Positions 51,376 through 64,000 of a stretch of DNA of 64,000 nt are shown here, one piece after another. Position 1 is the stretch's first letter. Each line of letters begins with the position of its first letter. Source of the stretch: Octopus sinensis (lineage: Eukaryota); NCBI RefSeq assembly GCF_006345805.1, contig NC_042998.1:28830001-28894000 (forward strand), written 5' to 3'. Under the pieces are notes generated by a model, which saw only the letters and a list, made by a program, of their open reading frames with translations, did no database searches and was not told the DNA's origin. The translations under genes and the position numbers were made by a program.

Positions 51376-52517
51376 ATATATATATTTATATACACACACA
51401 CCTTCATACATATATATTTATTTTATGTTCATTTTTCTATGCTTGCATGGGTTGGATAACTATTTTATTGAGGCCTTGTTTTACACCAGAATGCCTTTCC
51501 AGTCACTAAACCTTACCTTTTTTTCAAGTAATGGATTCTTTATTCCACCCATTTTTGAAAGTGCGGTGCTACGGGACAATTTATTGGCAGGGAATGTCTT
51601 TGAACGTGCAGAAAATGACCTGGAATCAAAGAGAGAGAGAGAGAGATGAAAATGAGATTATGGAAAGGAAATTGGTTTTATAGAAGTGACAGTGTTGAAT
51701 AGGAAGAAAGGAAAGTAGAGACAATGTAAGACATATTGGAAAGACAATAAAGGCAAGGTGTAATGGGATACGAATGGGAGGGAGTAATGGAAGAGAGTGA
51801 GTGATGGATGGTCGTAAAATGGTTAGTGGTTAAAAGCGTAATGAATGCGAATAATGAGTGACCTGAAGGAGATGGATCAAAGGCTAGCAATACAGAAGGG
51901 TAATTTTTGGCTGATAGGAGATCACAAGTGATTAGTAGTTGAGATGGCAATGACAAGATAGTAACAGATATCTAAGGAAGAGGATGTGAACATTATAGGA
52001 GCGGGGGGTGGGCTGTATCAGAACTCATGCATTCTTGCATTAATGAGACATTGTGATGACGGTGAAGAAGACAATAATGGTAAAAATTATGGTTTATCAG
52101 ATATCAGCAAATCTAATGCAATCCTTTCTTAAGCATTGTGACGAGGGAGAGGGACAAGGTGCTGGTGAGAATGTGGTACTTTGTAGTGCATTTATTGCAC
52201 GCAGAGGTAATAGCTCTCTGAGCATTTTCCAACCTATACTTGCTTCAGATGCTATGTTTTCAGAAAATCTACTCCAACTGCTAATTAAGTCAACAAGGTG
52301 ACTGAAGCTACCTGAATACCTGAGGGAGTCTATTTTCTGTGTGCTCTTTACGCATATTTCCCTTCTGCATCAGCCACATATGAACTCAAACCTCAGTTAA
52401 TCTGCTTTTAATCTCACAATACCACTTGTGTGTCTGTTTACACAGGACACAGTGCATAGAATTTCTTGAAGCTTGTTAACATCTGTTGTTTCATTTGTGT
52501 AAATATGGCATATGAAA

Positions 52518-52900
52518 TCTCTCTATATATAAAGCTGAAGTTGTCTGTATATGGCAGGTTTGGTAGCCTTCAACTAACACTATCTCCTCCGAGACCCTGC
52601 AGCGCAAGTTGACCAAAATTAAGAGTATGATAGAAGAAGGCTTGCTCTTCTTTACGCAGAAGAAAAAATTCAAATCGGACCATGTTAACACCCAAAATTA
52701 TTTACATCAAAAAGGTGATTTATTTTCTATGAAAATCCCTATTTTTTACGATATTTTGACTGCTGTGTCACCATTTTTCGGTGTATTTCAACCAGAAAAA
52801 TGTTCACTTAAAGAGAATAACAAGCTACATAATGCAAAATTTTTACTTTTCAAAAATTCCAATTCTAAAGGGTTGTAACAAACCTGGACGATACTGCTAG
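52518..52900 (+). mobile_element. Non-autonomous Helitron-like element
   Basis: Starts A|TCTCTCTATATATAAAG, ends CTAG|T, has a small GGTT/AACC hairpin 12 nt before CTAG, and shows no TSD. Confidence 0.65.
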
Positions 52901-53145
52901 TACACTAATATTTCCATAACCTAGTACACAAAAATCTCTCTTTACTTGCCATACACTAAGTCTCTCTTCACCTATTGTAAACATAAATATTCACACATTT
53001 TGATAGTATAGTTTATTATAACTTTCCCCATGAAGAAGTCACTGTTTCATTATTAAATCTGACCTTTAATCCAATAAAGCTTGTGGCTACTCATGTGTAA
53101 ATTATATTTGCTATAAAGATATATATATAAAAGGTATCTCACATT

Positions 53146-53193
53146 GTCTCTGATGAAGGGATATCCATAATATCCAAGAAACAGCTGTAAGAC
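53146..53193 (+). ncRNA. Type I hammerhead, intact core, GUA site at 53189
   Basis: GTCT CTGATGA AG GGATAT CCATA ATATCC AA GAA ACAGCTGT A AGAC; two mismatches at the base of stem II. Confidence 0.65.
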
Positions 53194-54299
53194 TATATCT
53201 ATATCTCTCTCCTTATAAATGTTCTGAAAACTCCTCACACCCTTGGCTTTGTTATCTCTTTTTGTATAATATATGTGTGTGTGTGTGTAATACAAGCACA
53301 CACACACACATATGTCTATTTATTGTTAAATGGTTTGACTCAACTCTACAAGACTGTTTTGGGAGCACATGGGACATGCATTTTCCCCAGATGCTAGGGT
53401 GGCAGGGTTGGAAGACTAAGACAAATTCAAGATGGCTTCTAGCTATTAGGTGCCTATTGGTCTGCTCAAGTCAAAGGGTATTAATGCTATCAAAGCGATA
53501 CCAGCTATTTTTTAAAAAAGGTTTTAGGCCCATGTGTTTGGACAGGATGTTGGGATGATGCTGGCACCACTTTGATGCAGTATAGTATATTAAGGAACAT
53601 CAGTTCATTGTATTGGGTAACACAGATAGTTGGATGAGATGTTTGTATGAGTCAGTAGCTCAGTAATCGTTTGGTGGAGTATGAACACATTAGTGACAAC
53701 CAATAACTTTAAGAGAAGGTATACACAACATACACACTCCTTCAGGTATAGAGATAGGGAAAACTTTGCTTTCCTGTTCAGCTTCATCCAAAGACTCTGT
53801 GACCAACATAGAATATTCTTGACAAAGCCCCCCTCCCCACTTACTCACCTGGAGCTAGCAATTACCAACTCTGTCTCTACAAGGAATTACATATAATAGC
53901 CAACCCATAGCATCCACGAACAGAAAGAATGAACTTTCTTCGTGTTGCCACCTGAGATACACTCTGTTAATGAACTTCAAGCCTCTGATAGCTGACAACC
54001 TGGATATGCCACCCTTGGCCTAACTGTTCCTCATGTAAGAACAGAGGTATTTAATTTCTGTATTTGTAAAGACTATTATTCATTCATGTTGGTCCTGCAA
54101 TATCTCAATTGTAACCTATCATCTTCAAATTTGGTTTCCCTCCCCCTCCATGTCATGTCTGCTGCTAATGTGTTCATACCAACTGAAACATGATTGAGCA
54201 ACTGACTTGCACCAACATACATAATATATATATGTGAATATATACATGTAAATATATATATATATATATGGATATGTATATATGTGTGTCTATATGTAT

Positions 54300-54667
54300 A
54301 TGTGTGCATATATATTATACTATATATATATTTATGCACATATATATATATGTGTGTATACATGTGTAAGTATATATATATATATGTATATAGATGTGTA
54401 TGTATATATGTATATGTATATAGATGTGTATGTGTATATGTATATAGATGTGTATGTATATATGTATATGTATATAGATGTGTATGTATATATATATATA
54501 TATATAGATGTGTATGTATATATATATATATATAGATGTGTATGTATATATATATATATATAGATGTGTATGTATAATATATATATATATAGATGTGTAT
54601 GTATATATATATATATATATAGATGTGTATGTATATATATATATATATATAGATGTGTATGTATATA
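54300..54667. repeat. TAGATGTGTATG(TA)n minisatellite, left part
   Basis: The same unit resumes at about 57400-57610. Confidence 0.9.
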
Positions 54668-57395
54668 TCATCATCATCATCATCATCATTAACGTCCGCT
54701 TTCCATGCTAGCATGGTTGGACGGTTCAACTGGGGTCTGGGGAGCCCGAAGCTGCACCAGTCCAGTCAGATCTGGCAGTGTTTCTACAGCTGGATGCCCT
54801 TCCTAACGCCAACCACTCCGAGAGTGTAGTGGGTGATTTTATGTGCCACCGACACAGGTGCCAGACGAGGCTGGCAAACGGCCACGCTCGGATGGTGTTT
54901 TTTATGTGCCACCGACACAGGTGCCAGACGAGGCTGGCAGACGGCCACGCTCGGATGTGTTTTTTATGTGCCACCGACACAGGTGCCAGACGAGGCTGGC
55001 AGACGGCCACGCTCGGATGGTGTTTTTATGTGCCACCGACACAGGTGCCAGACGAGGCTGGCAGACGGCACGCTCGGATGTGTTTTTATGAGGCTGGCAA
55101 ACGGCCACGATCGGATGGTGCTTGTTACGTGCCCACAGCACGGAGGCCAGTCGATGCGGTACTGGCTACGGCCACGTTCGGATGGTTTTCTTATGTGCCA
55201 CGTGCCACAAAGATACAAATTCCATTGATGTTCATCTATTTTGATTTGTTTTGATTTGATTTTCACTTGCCTCAACAGGTCTTCACAAGTGTCACAAGAA
55301 GGAAGGTATGCACAGGTGGACTGACTACGTCCCAGGTAGGGGCCATGGGTTATGGCCTGACTAGTCTTGCCGGGTCTTCGGATGGTGTTTTTATGTGCCA
55401 CCGACACAGGTGCTAGATGAGGCTGGCGAACGGCCACGATCGGATGGTTTGTCATGTGCCCACCGCACTGACTACGGCACTGATGGATTTCTTGTGTGCC
55501 ACAGGCACTGGTACCACAAGATACAAATTCCATTGATGTTCATCTATTTTGTCTATTTTGATTTGATTTGATTTGATTTTCACTTGCCTCAACCGGTCTT
55601 CACAAGTGTCACAAGAAGGAAGGTATGCACAGGTGGACTGACTAGTCTTGCCGGTCTTCGGAAGGTGTTTTTATGTGCCACCGACACAGGGCCAGATGAG
55701 GCTGGCGAACGGCCATGATCGGATGGTGTTTGTTACGTGCCCACAGCACGGAGGCCGGTCGATGCGGAACTGGCTACGGCCACGTTCGGATGGTTCTCAT
55801 GTGTGCCACCGGCACTGGTACCACAAAGTGTGTGCCACCGGCACTGGTACCACAAAGTGTGTGCCACCGGCACTGGTACCACAAAGATACAGATTCCATT
55901 GATGTTCATCTATTTTGATTTGTTTTGATTTGATTTTTACTTGCCTCAACAGGTCTTCACAAGTGTCACAAGAAGGAAGGTATGCACAGGTGGACTGACT
56001 ACGTCCCAGGTAGGGGCCATGGGTTATGGCCTGACTAGTCTTGCCGGGTCTTCGGATGGTGTTTTTATGTGCCACCGACACAGGTGCTAGATGAGGCTGG
56101 CGAACGGCCACGATCGGATGGTTTTGTCATGTGCCCACAGAACGGAGGCCAGTCGATGCGGTACTGGCTACGGCCACTTTCGGATGGTTTTCTCTTGTGT
56201 GCCACCGGCACTGGTACCACAAAGATACAATTCCATTGATGTTCATCTATTTTGATTTGTTTTGATTTGATTTTGATTTTGATTTTCACTTGCCTCAACA
56301 GGCCTTCACAAGTATCACAAGGAGGAAGGTATGCCAGGTGGACTGACTACGTCCCAGGTAGGGGCCATGGTTTATGGCCTGACTAGTCTTGCCGGGTCTT
56401 CGGAAGGTGTTTTTATGTGCCACCGACACTGGTGCTAGATGAGGCTGGCGAACGGCCACGACCGGATGGTGTTTGTTATGTGCCCACAGCACGATGGCCA
56501 GTGATGCGGTACTGACTACGGCCACGTTCGGATGGATTCTTGTGTGCCACCGGCACTGGTACCACAAGCGGTACTGACTACGCCACGTTCGGATGGATTC
56601 TTGTGTGCCACCGGCACTGGTCCCACAAGCGGTACTGACTACGGCCACGTTCGGATGGATTCTTGTGTGCCACTGGCACTGGTACCACAAGGATACAAAT
56701 TCCATTGATGTTCATCTAGTTTGATTTGTTTTGATTTTGATTTTGATTTTCACTTGCCTCAGCAGGTCTTCACAAGTCGGAAGGTATGTACAGGTGGACT
56801 GACTACGTCCCAGGTAGGGCCCACGGGTTATGACCTGACTAGTCTTGCCGGGTCTTCGGATGGTGTTTTTATGTGCCACCATGTTCCCACAGCACGGAGG
56901 CCAGTCGATGCGGTACGGCTATGGCCACGTTCGGATGGTTTTCTTGTGTGCCACAGGCACTGGTACCACAAAGATACAAATTCCATTGATGTTCATCTAT
57001 TTTGATTGATTTTCACTTGCCTCAGCAGGTCTTCACAAGTGTCACAAGAAGGAAGGTATGCACAGGTGGATCGACTACGTCCCAGGTAGGGGCCACGGGA
57101 TATGGCCTGACTAGTCCTGCCGGTCCTCTCATGCACAGCACACTTCCATAGGACTCGGTCTTCAGTCATTTCCTTGGTGAGACCTAAAGTTCGAAGGTCG
57201 TGCTCACCCCTCGTCCCAGGTTTTCCTGGGTCTACCTCTTCCACAGGTTCCCTCAACTGCTAGGTGTAGCACTTTTGCACACAACTATCTTCAGCCATTC
57301 TCGTCACATGACCATACCAGCGCAGCCGTCTCTCTTCACACCACAACTGACACTTCTTAGGTTCAACTTTTCTCTCAAAGTACTTACACTCTGAC
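54668..57395 (-). mobile_element. RTE LINE 3' fragment with a 3' UTR expanded into a hierarchical tandem array
   Basis: ORF remnant HDLRTLGLTKEMTEDRVLWKCAVHE at 57125-57395; CCATTGATGTTCATCTA at 55222, 55530, 55896, 56233, 56702 and 56983; ~62-bp x4 at 54841-55088; (GAT)n tail. Confidence 0.9.
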
Positions 57396-57584
57396 GATTA
57401 TATATATATATATATATATAGATGTGTATGTATGTATATATATATATATATAGATGTGTATGTATATATATATATATAGATGTGTATGTATATATATATA
57501 TATATATGTGTATATATATATGTATATATATATATATAGATGTGTATGTATATATGTATATATATATATATATATAGATGTATA

Positions 57585-57618
<34 letters not shown>

Positions 57619-58489
57619 AGTAATAGACGTCAGCTCTGGAGATCATGTAGAATGTGGAAGTAATAAAGAGAATGATTATGATAAATTTAGCAGTGTCTGC
57701 AGAGACAAGATAATAACATCACTTGATTTTGTTAACTCTCAGAAAATTAATCAAACGTTATCCCCCATTGTCTGCGAGTCTTGATTGGAACTCATTTTCT
57801 CAGTTTGGTGATAATTTATTTTTCTAGTCTTCTGCTGCTTCAAGTTCTGAAATTTCTCATTTTAAACGAAATTTTGTTTACTTAATATCTATTTCATCAT
57901 AGCAGCATGCTTGCTTTAATCTATTTAGCAGCTAAGATATATGGGGAACAGTCTTTCTGTATTGGAGTTACACTATAAATGTTATTCGGTATTCTAAATA
58001 ACTTCTCAGCAGAATTTAATAAAGAATAGGTTATTTTGTCAGAATTATTCTTTTATTCACACTTCAGTCATTGGACTCTGACCATGCTGGGGCACCACCT
58101 TGAAACGTTCAGTTGAACAAATCATCTGCAGTGTTTATCTTTTTCTATTTAAGTCCAATATTTCTGATGATGGTTCCATGTGAAATGCACTGGTGATGGT
58201 GTCACATGAAAAGCACGTATGTAAGCATATAGTTTCTCTCAACCAAATCCACTCACAAGGTTTTGGTTGGCCTGAAGCTATAATAGGAGACTCTTGCCCA
58301 AGGTGTCATGCAGTGGGACTGAACCCAGAACTATGTGGTTAGAAGAAAGTGCTTCTTACCATGCTGCCACACCTATGGAAAATATTGTGAAAAAGAGAAC
58401 CTGAGAATGATTCTGAACAGAATGGGCCTTCTTCTTACACTCCACCATCTTAAACCAGAAGGATTCACTTGCTTTATTTTTTGTTTATT

Positions 58490-58870
58490 TTTTTACTTGT
58501 TTCAGTCATTTGACTGTGGCCATGCTGGAACATCACCTTTAGTTGAACAAATTAATCTCAGGACTTATTCTTTGTAAGCCTAGTACTCATTCTATTGGTC
58601 TCTTTCACCAAGCCGCTAACTTACGGGGATGTAAACACACTAATATTGGTTGACAAGCGATGGTTGGGAGGATACAGACACACAAATGTATACACACAAA
58701 CACACACATATATGTAACGGGCTTCTTTTCAGTTTCCGTTCACCAAATCCACTCACAAGGTTTTAGTTGGCCCGTGGCTATAGTAAAAGACACTTGCACA
58801 AGGTGCTATGCAGTAGGACTGAACCCAGAACCATGTGGTTTGGAAGCAAACTTCTTGCTACACAGCTACA
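58490..58870 (-). mobile_element. SINE family A
   Basis: Homologous to 36345-36755. Confidence 0.8.
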
Positions 58871-58939
58871 CCTAGCACATTTACTGATAATTGAGAAACA
58901 TAATGGTTATATTATAATCCCTTTTGTAAAAAGTGGTGA

Positions 58940-59640
58940 GCACACCAGGAAAAATGCTTAGCGGTATTTCATCTATTGCTACGTTCTGAGTTCAAATTTT
59001 GCTGAGGTCGACTTTGCCTTTCATCCTTTCGGGATCGATTAAATAAGTACCAGTTTCGCACTGAGGTCGATATAATCGACTTAATCCGTTTGTCTGTCCC
59101 CTCTGTGTTTAGCCCCTTGTGGGTAGTAAAGAAATAGGTATTTCGTCTGCTGTTACGTTCTGAGTTCAAATTCCGCGAGGTTGACTTTGCCTTTCATCCT
59201 TCGGGATCGATTAAATAAGTACCAGTTTCGCACTGAGGTCGATATAATCGACTTAATCCGTTGTCTGTCCCCTCTGTGTTTAGCCCCTTGTGGGTAGTAA
59301 AGAAATAGGTATTTCGTCTGCTGTTACGTTCTGAGTTCAAATTCCGCGAGGTTGACTTTGCCTTTCATCCTTTCGGGGTTGATTAAATAAGTACCAGTTA
59401 CACACTGGGGTCGATATAATCGACTTAATCCGTTTGTTCTCTCTGTGTTTAGCCCCTTGTGGGTTGTAAAGAAATAGGTATTTCGTCTGTCTTTACGTTC
59501 TGTGTTCAAATTCCACCGAGGTTGACTTTGCCTTTCATTCTTTCAGAGTCGATAAATCAAGTACCAGTTGCATACTGGAGTCGATCTAATCGACTGGCGC
59601 CTTTCCTCAAAATTTCGGGCCTTGTGCCTAGAGTAGAAAA
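58940..59640 (+). repeat. Tandem array of headless SINE B units (~171 bp x4)
   Basis: TTCTGAGTTCAAATT marker at 58984, 59158, 59329 and 59498. Confidence 0.9.
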
Positions 59641-60459
59641 GATTATTATCCCTTTTGTGTCTCACGTAATCAGATTAGTGGTAGCCTCAAAGGAGACAAA
59701 GCAGTTATATTTCTTCTATGAGTTGTTTTTACTAAAAACAGGAACCACAAAAACAATTATTATTATTATTATTTTGCGGGGAGCATATTGTAACATGAAA
59801 ATAAACGTACAATATACTTTCAAAGAGAGATATCACTTTACAATGCATATTGTGCAGAAGGCCTTTGACAGAAACAGTCTTCTTCGATCGATTCACATTT
59901 GATGCTAATCTAATCAGCCACCCACACGATCTCTAAAGACGTGTGTAGTGCAACAAGGATTTCTGTTATTTATTTACTTACGTGTGTCAGAGTTCTGAGA
60001 TTGTTTTTTTCTATATTCAGTAATTTTTTAACAAACTCAAAAAAATAAAAGAAAAAGAGAAAATTGTTTTTTTTTTATTTTTCTGAATGAGAGAAATAAA
60101 CTGATTAAATAAGTTAGAAAAGAAAAAAGTAAGTTTGGAACAAATATAAATAAAAACATATGACAATGAGTTCTTCCTAATTGTTAAAAATACAGAAGCA
60201 ATGTGTATATTGTTTTTGCCATTGACATATCAAGAGATTACTCATTCTATAGCATTGCTTCTGAAAAATATTATTGTTTTTCATTGAAAAGGATTGACGT
60301 CTGGTGGGTGGTAGTTTGTCAAAATATCACTACTTTGTCATTCACACAAACCCATACATACATGCTTATATATGTGTATGTGTACCGCCGGCACTACAAG
60401 TATATCTATATATCTATATGTATGTGTGTGTCTGTATATATATTATTAATACTAAAGAC

Positions 60460-61055
60460 AGCGAACTGGCAGAAACGTTAGCACGCCGGGCGAAGTGTGT
60501 AGCCATATTTTGTTTGCTGTTACGTTCTGAGTTGAAATTCCGCCGAGGTCGACTTTGCCTTTCATCCTTTTAGAGTTGATAAATTAAGGACCAGTTACAC
60601 ATTGGGGTCGATATAATCAACTTAATCCATTTGTCTGTTCTTGTTTGTCCTCTCTGTGTTTAGCCCCTTGTGGGTAGTACCAAAATAGGTATTTCGTCTG
60701 TCGTTACATTCTGAGTTCAAATTCCGCCGTGGTCAACTTTGCCTTTCATCCTTTCGGGGTCGATTAAATAAGTACCAGTTACGCACTGGGGTCGATATAA
60801 TCAACTTAATCCGTTTGTCTGTCCTTGTTTGTCTTCTCTGTGTTTAGCCCCTTGTGGGTAGTACAGAAATAGGTATTTCGTCTGTCGTTACGTTCTGAGT
60901 TCAAATTCCGCCGAGGTCGACTTTGCTTTTCATCCTTTTGGGGTTGATAAATAAAGTACCAGTTTGGCACTGGGGTCGATGTAATCGACTTAATCCCTTT
61001 GTCTGTCCTTGTTTGTCCCCTATATGTTTAGCCCTTTGTGGGTAGTAAAGAAATA
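60460..61055 (+). repeat. Tandem array of SINE B units (184 bp x3)
   Basis: Marker at 60525, 60709 and 60893. Confidence 0.9.
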
Positions 61056-62244
61056 TATTATTAATACTAACTACATGTATATCTACATCTGTCAGTGTAT
61101 TTACACTTTACTTTAACATCCCTAACCAATGGTTTTAAATGTGTGTGTAGGAATGACTGCAACCAAACGATACAGCTTGTATGATAGTGAATATTTCTTG
61201 TTTATTTACAATTAATGCACAAAGTCAAGACAAGGAGAAATGGATACATACACATATATATATATATACCAGTACAGAAACATATATACCAAATGTCTTT
61301 CAGTTTATATCTACCAAATCTACCCACAAGACTTTGGTAAACCCAGGGTTAAAACAAAGTACGCTAGCATAAGGTGCTGCACAGTAGGATTGATCTCACG
61401 GCCATGTGATTCATAACCAAACTTCTTAACCATACAGCCATGCTTCAATGTATTATATAGACATATATATTATTATGCAAAGTAGTGGAAACCACCTGGT
61501 GGGCTGTGTATCCGTTTGTATATATATATATATAATGTATGAGGTATTAATATAGTGATGAAATAAAGATTGCTAACAAACTATGCTTCTGGGAGGGGAA
61601 TAGCAATTGGCCGACCAATTTGGAGAGTAGCTATGAATAAAAGAGCTAATTCTTTTCAAAATTCCACTAGGAGCACTGTCATAAAAAATTGGGAAATAAA
61701 AATGGTGAAATAACCAGAGATCCCAAAACAGCACACTCTCAATTATCATGTCTCCACACTTTAATATCTCTCATTCTATTCATGTGCTTTGGCTCGTATT
61801 AATGCAACTTGGTTATAGAAGACATTTCGTAAAATGGCCAAAAAAAAAACCCCAATCATTCTTGGTGTTAAAGGATTTCTCTTGATATATTCAACAACAA
61901 CCTCAAATGCCTGTTCTGATAACATGCCTTAGGTTTCATCAATGTTGCTTTTAACATAACAGAAAAGGATTTTGTAAACTTCAAAGAAATACCTTTATTA
62001 ATTCGGGATTGGAGACTACGGCAGAGATATTGATCTTTATTTTATTTTTTTTTTTTTTAATACAAGGCCTATATTGAATAAGGCATTAAAAGCGTCACGA
62101 CATACCAGCAGTTATTAGGGAAAGTGTTATGACAAAAAAGAAATGTAAATAAAACATTATTTTGATAGAGAGAGGAACATATCTATAGGACTTTGCTCAA
62201 ATGAATGTCTATGCATCAGTATCTTGCCTCACTGAATGCCTATT

Positions 62245-62458
62245 TCTTTACTACCCACAAGGGTTTAAACCCAGAGAGGACAAACAAACGGATTAAGTCG
62301 ATTATATCGACCCCAGTGCGTAACGGGTACTTATCGACACCGAAAGGATGAAAGGCAAAGTCGACCTCGGCGGAATTTGAACTCAGAACGTAATGGCAGA
62401 CGAAATATGGCTACGCATTTCGCCTGGCGTGCTAACGTTTCTGCCAGCTCGCCGCCTT
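62245..62458 (-). mobile_element. SINE family B, well-preserved copy
   Basis: CpG-rich and colinear with 14770-15005. Confidence 0.85.
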
Positions 62459-62724
62459 TCCCTCACTGAATGCCAAAAACTCGCATGTCAAAAGTCTACC
62501 CTTGCACACTTTTTGAAGTCTCTGCTCCCGAGCAAAGAAAATAAGCAAGCCATTGAGGGAGCTTAAATGATGTCCCAAGATCTCTCGGAAATAGCAACCA
62601 AATCTCTCTCCATCTACACTATTGCGTGGTTTCTCAAACTAGGGCATGCATAAGATATGCAAAAGAACCACTGGTATTTTGAAAATATCACAACCAGTTA
62701 CTTTTAAATAGTGCAGGTAAGCGT

Positions 62725-63122
62725 AGGAGTGGCTGTGTGGTAAGTAGCTTGCTTACCAACCATATGGTTCCGGGTTCAGTCCCACTGCGTGGCACCTTGG
62801 GCAAGTGTCTTCTATTATAGCTTCGGGCTGACCAAGGGCTTGTGAGTGGATTTCGTAGACGGAAACTGAAAGAAGCCCGTCGTGTGTGTATATATATATA
62901 TATGTATGTGTGTTTATGTTTGTGTGTCTGTGTTTGTCCCCCAATATCGCTTAACAACCGATGGTGGTGTGTTTACGTCCCCGTAACTTAATGTTTCGGC
63001 AAAAGAGACCGATAGAATAAGTACTAGGCTTACAAATAATAAGCCCTGGGGTCGATTTGCTTTCGACTAAAGGCGGTGCTCCACATGGCCGCAGTCAAAT
63101 GCCTGAAACAAGTAAAAAAGAG
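62725..63122 (+). mobile_element. SINE family A, full length
   Basis: GGAGTGGCTGTGTGGTAAGTAGC head through GAAACAAGTAAAAAAG tail. Confidence 0.88.
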
Positions 63123-64000
63123 TAGGTTTGTAAGGGAGAGTGTGGAATAGGGAGTACAGGAACACAGCAAGTGGGGAAACGATGGGGGGGGGTTGTCAGG
63201 GTCAGATTGCACGCAGGGGCAGTGGGGAAGAGGCTGAACATAGACGACATGGTTTTACGACCTCATTTTACTAAGGACAGATATAAACTTATGTAAATGT
63301 GATGGGTTATCCAACTTATAGATCAATGGTTCTCAACCATACTTTGCCAATGGATCCCCTTTCAGTCCCCTTTTTTCTTGGGTAGACTCTCATAGGCATT
63401 TGGTGTTTTAAAATATCCTATTTCATTACTATGATTAAATATTAATAGGAATTTGTATTAACAATTGTTTAAATATTTCTTGTATCATAAAAGTATAACT
63501 AATTTAACGCACATAAATATTAACAACAAAATTTTCCTGGGGTTCATATGGCCCTTACCCCAGCTGAGAATCAGTCATACATGCATGTATGTACGTCAAA
63601 CAGGCTGGTTGAAAGTCTTGACTTCGAAGTATAATAATAATTAACAAATTACAATTACGGTATCTGTTTACGGTATGCACTACTGTTTGTTTTAAGATAT
63701 TCAACCATTGTTTTATTACGAGGTGTGTGCCATCACTGCCAGGCATGAACGAGTATGCTGGAAATATAAAAACAGTGGACATTGTAGTCCCGAGATACGC
63801 AATTATGAAGAAGAAGAAAAAAAAAAAGATAGGATGGCCATAGCGGGAATGGTTTTCATTATAGTTCTATTCAGTGATACCTGACCTGGGGCTAAATGAC
63901 AACATTATATGTAATCGATCTTTAAGTGAAGAAAAAAAAAATCTATGAAGACAAACAATATATAAATAAATAAATAAATAAAATCTACGTCCTTATGACT

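Noticed and set aside
51960-52300. DVNIIGAGGG Rossmann-like motif
   Set aside because: Lacks the GxGxxG spacing; the opposite strand reads GWKMLRELLPL, a decayed RTE-like remnant.
54830-57125. CRISPR-like repeat/spacer appearance of the arrays
   Set aside because: The units are contiguous degenerate copies of an RTE 3' UTR with no unique spacers and no cas genes, in a eukaryotic context.
903-57663. Many poly-Ile/Tyr/His/Asn/Leu ORFs in the ORF track
   Set aside because: They are translations of (TA)n, (CA)n and (AAT)n microsatellites.

Overview
AT-rich, repeat-dominated animal DNA. The SINE/LINE content matches what I recognise from octopod cephalopods (Octopus); this is recognition, not a database result. 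I cannot support any intact protein-coding gene. Almost all ORFs in the track are translations of (TA)n, (CA)n or (AAT)n microsatellites or of retroelement fragments, and only a few low-confidence candidate exons remain. The window holds tRNA-derived SINEs (some in tandem arrays), 3' fragments of RTE, CR1 and R4/Dong-like LINEs, a MITE with a target-site duplication, a non-autonomous Helitron, local duplications and many fold-back palindromes. The main signal is about 16 type I hammerhead-ribozyme motifs from at least 8 unrelated sequence families, all folded by eye. Nearly all have the palindromic stem III typical of Penelope-like-element hammerheads that cleave as dimers. One family has a swapped G3:C8 catalytic-core pair (GUGAACA instead of CUGANGA). 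Another sits in the tail of a tRNA-headed SINE. Seven loci share a head-to-head inverted architecture with ribozyme tails pointing outward. Ribozyme activity is predicted, not shown. Repeat boundaries are approximate unless stated otherwise.
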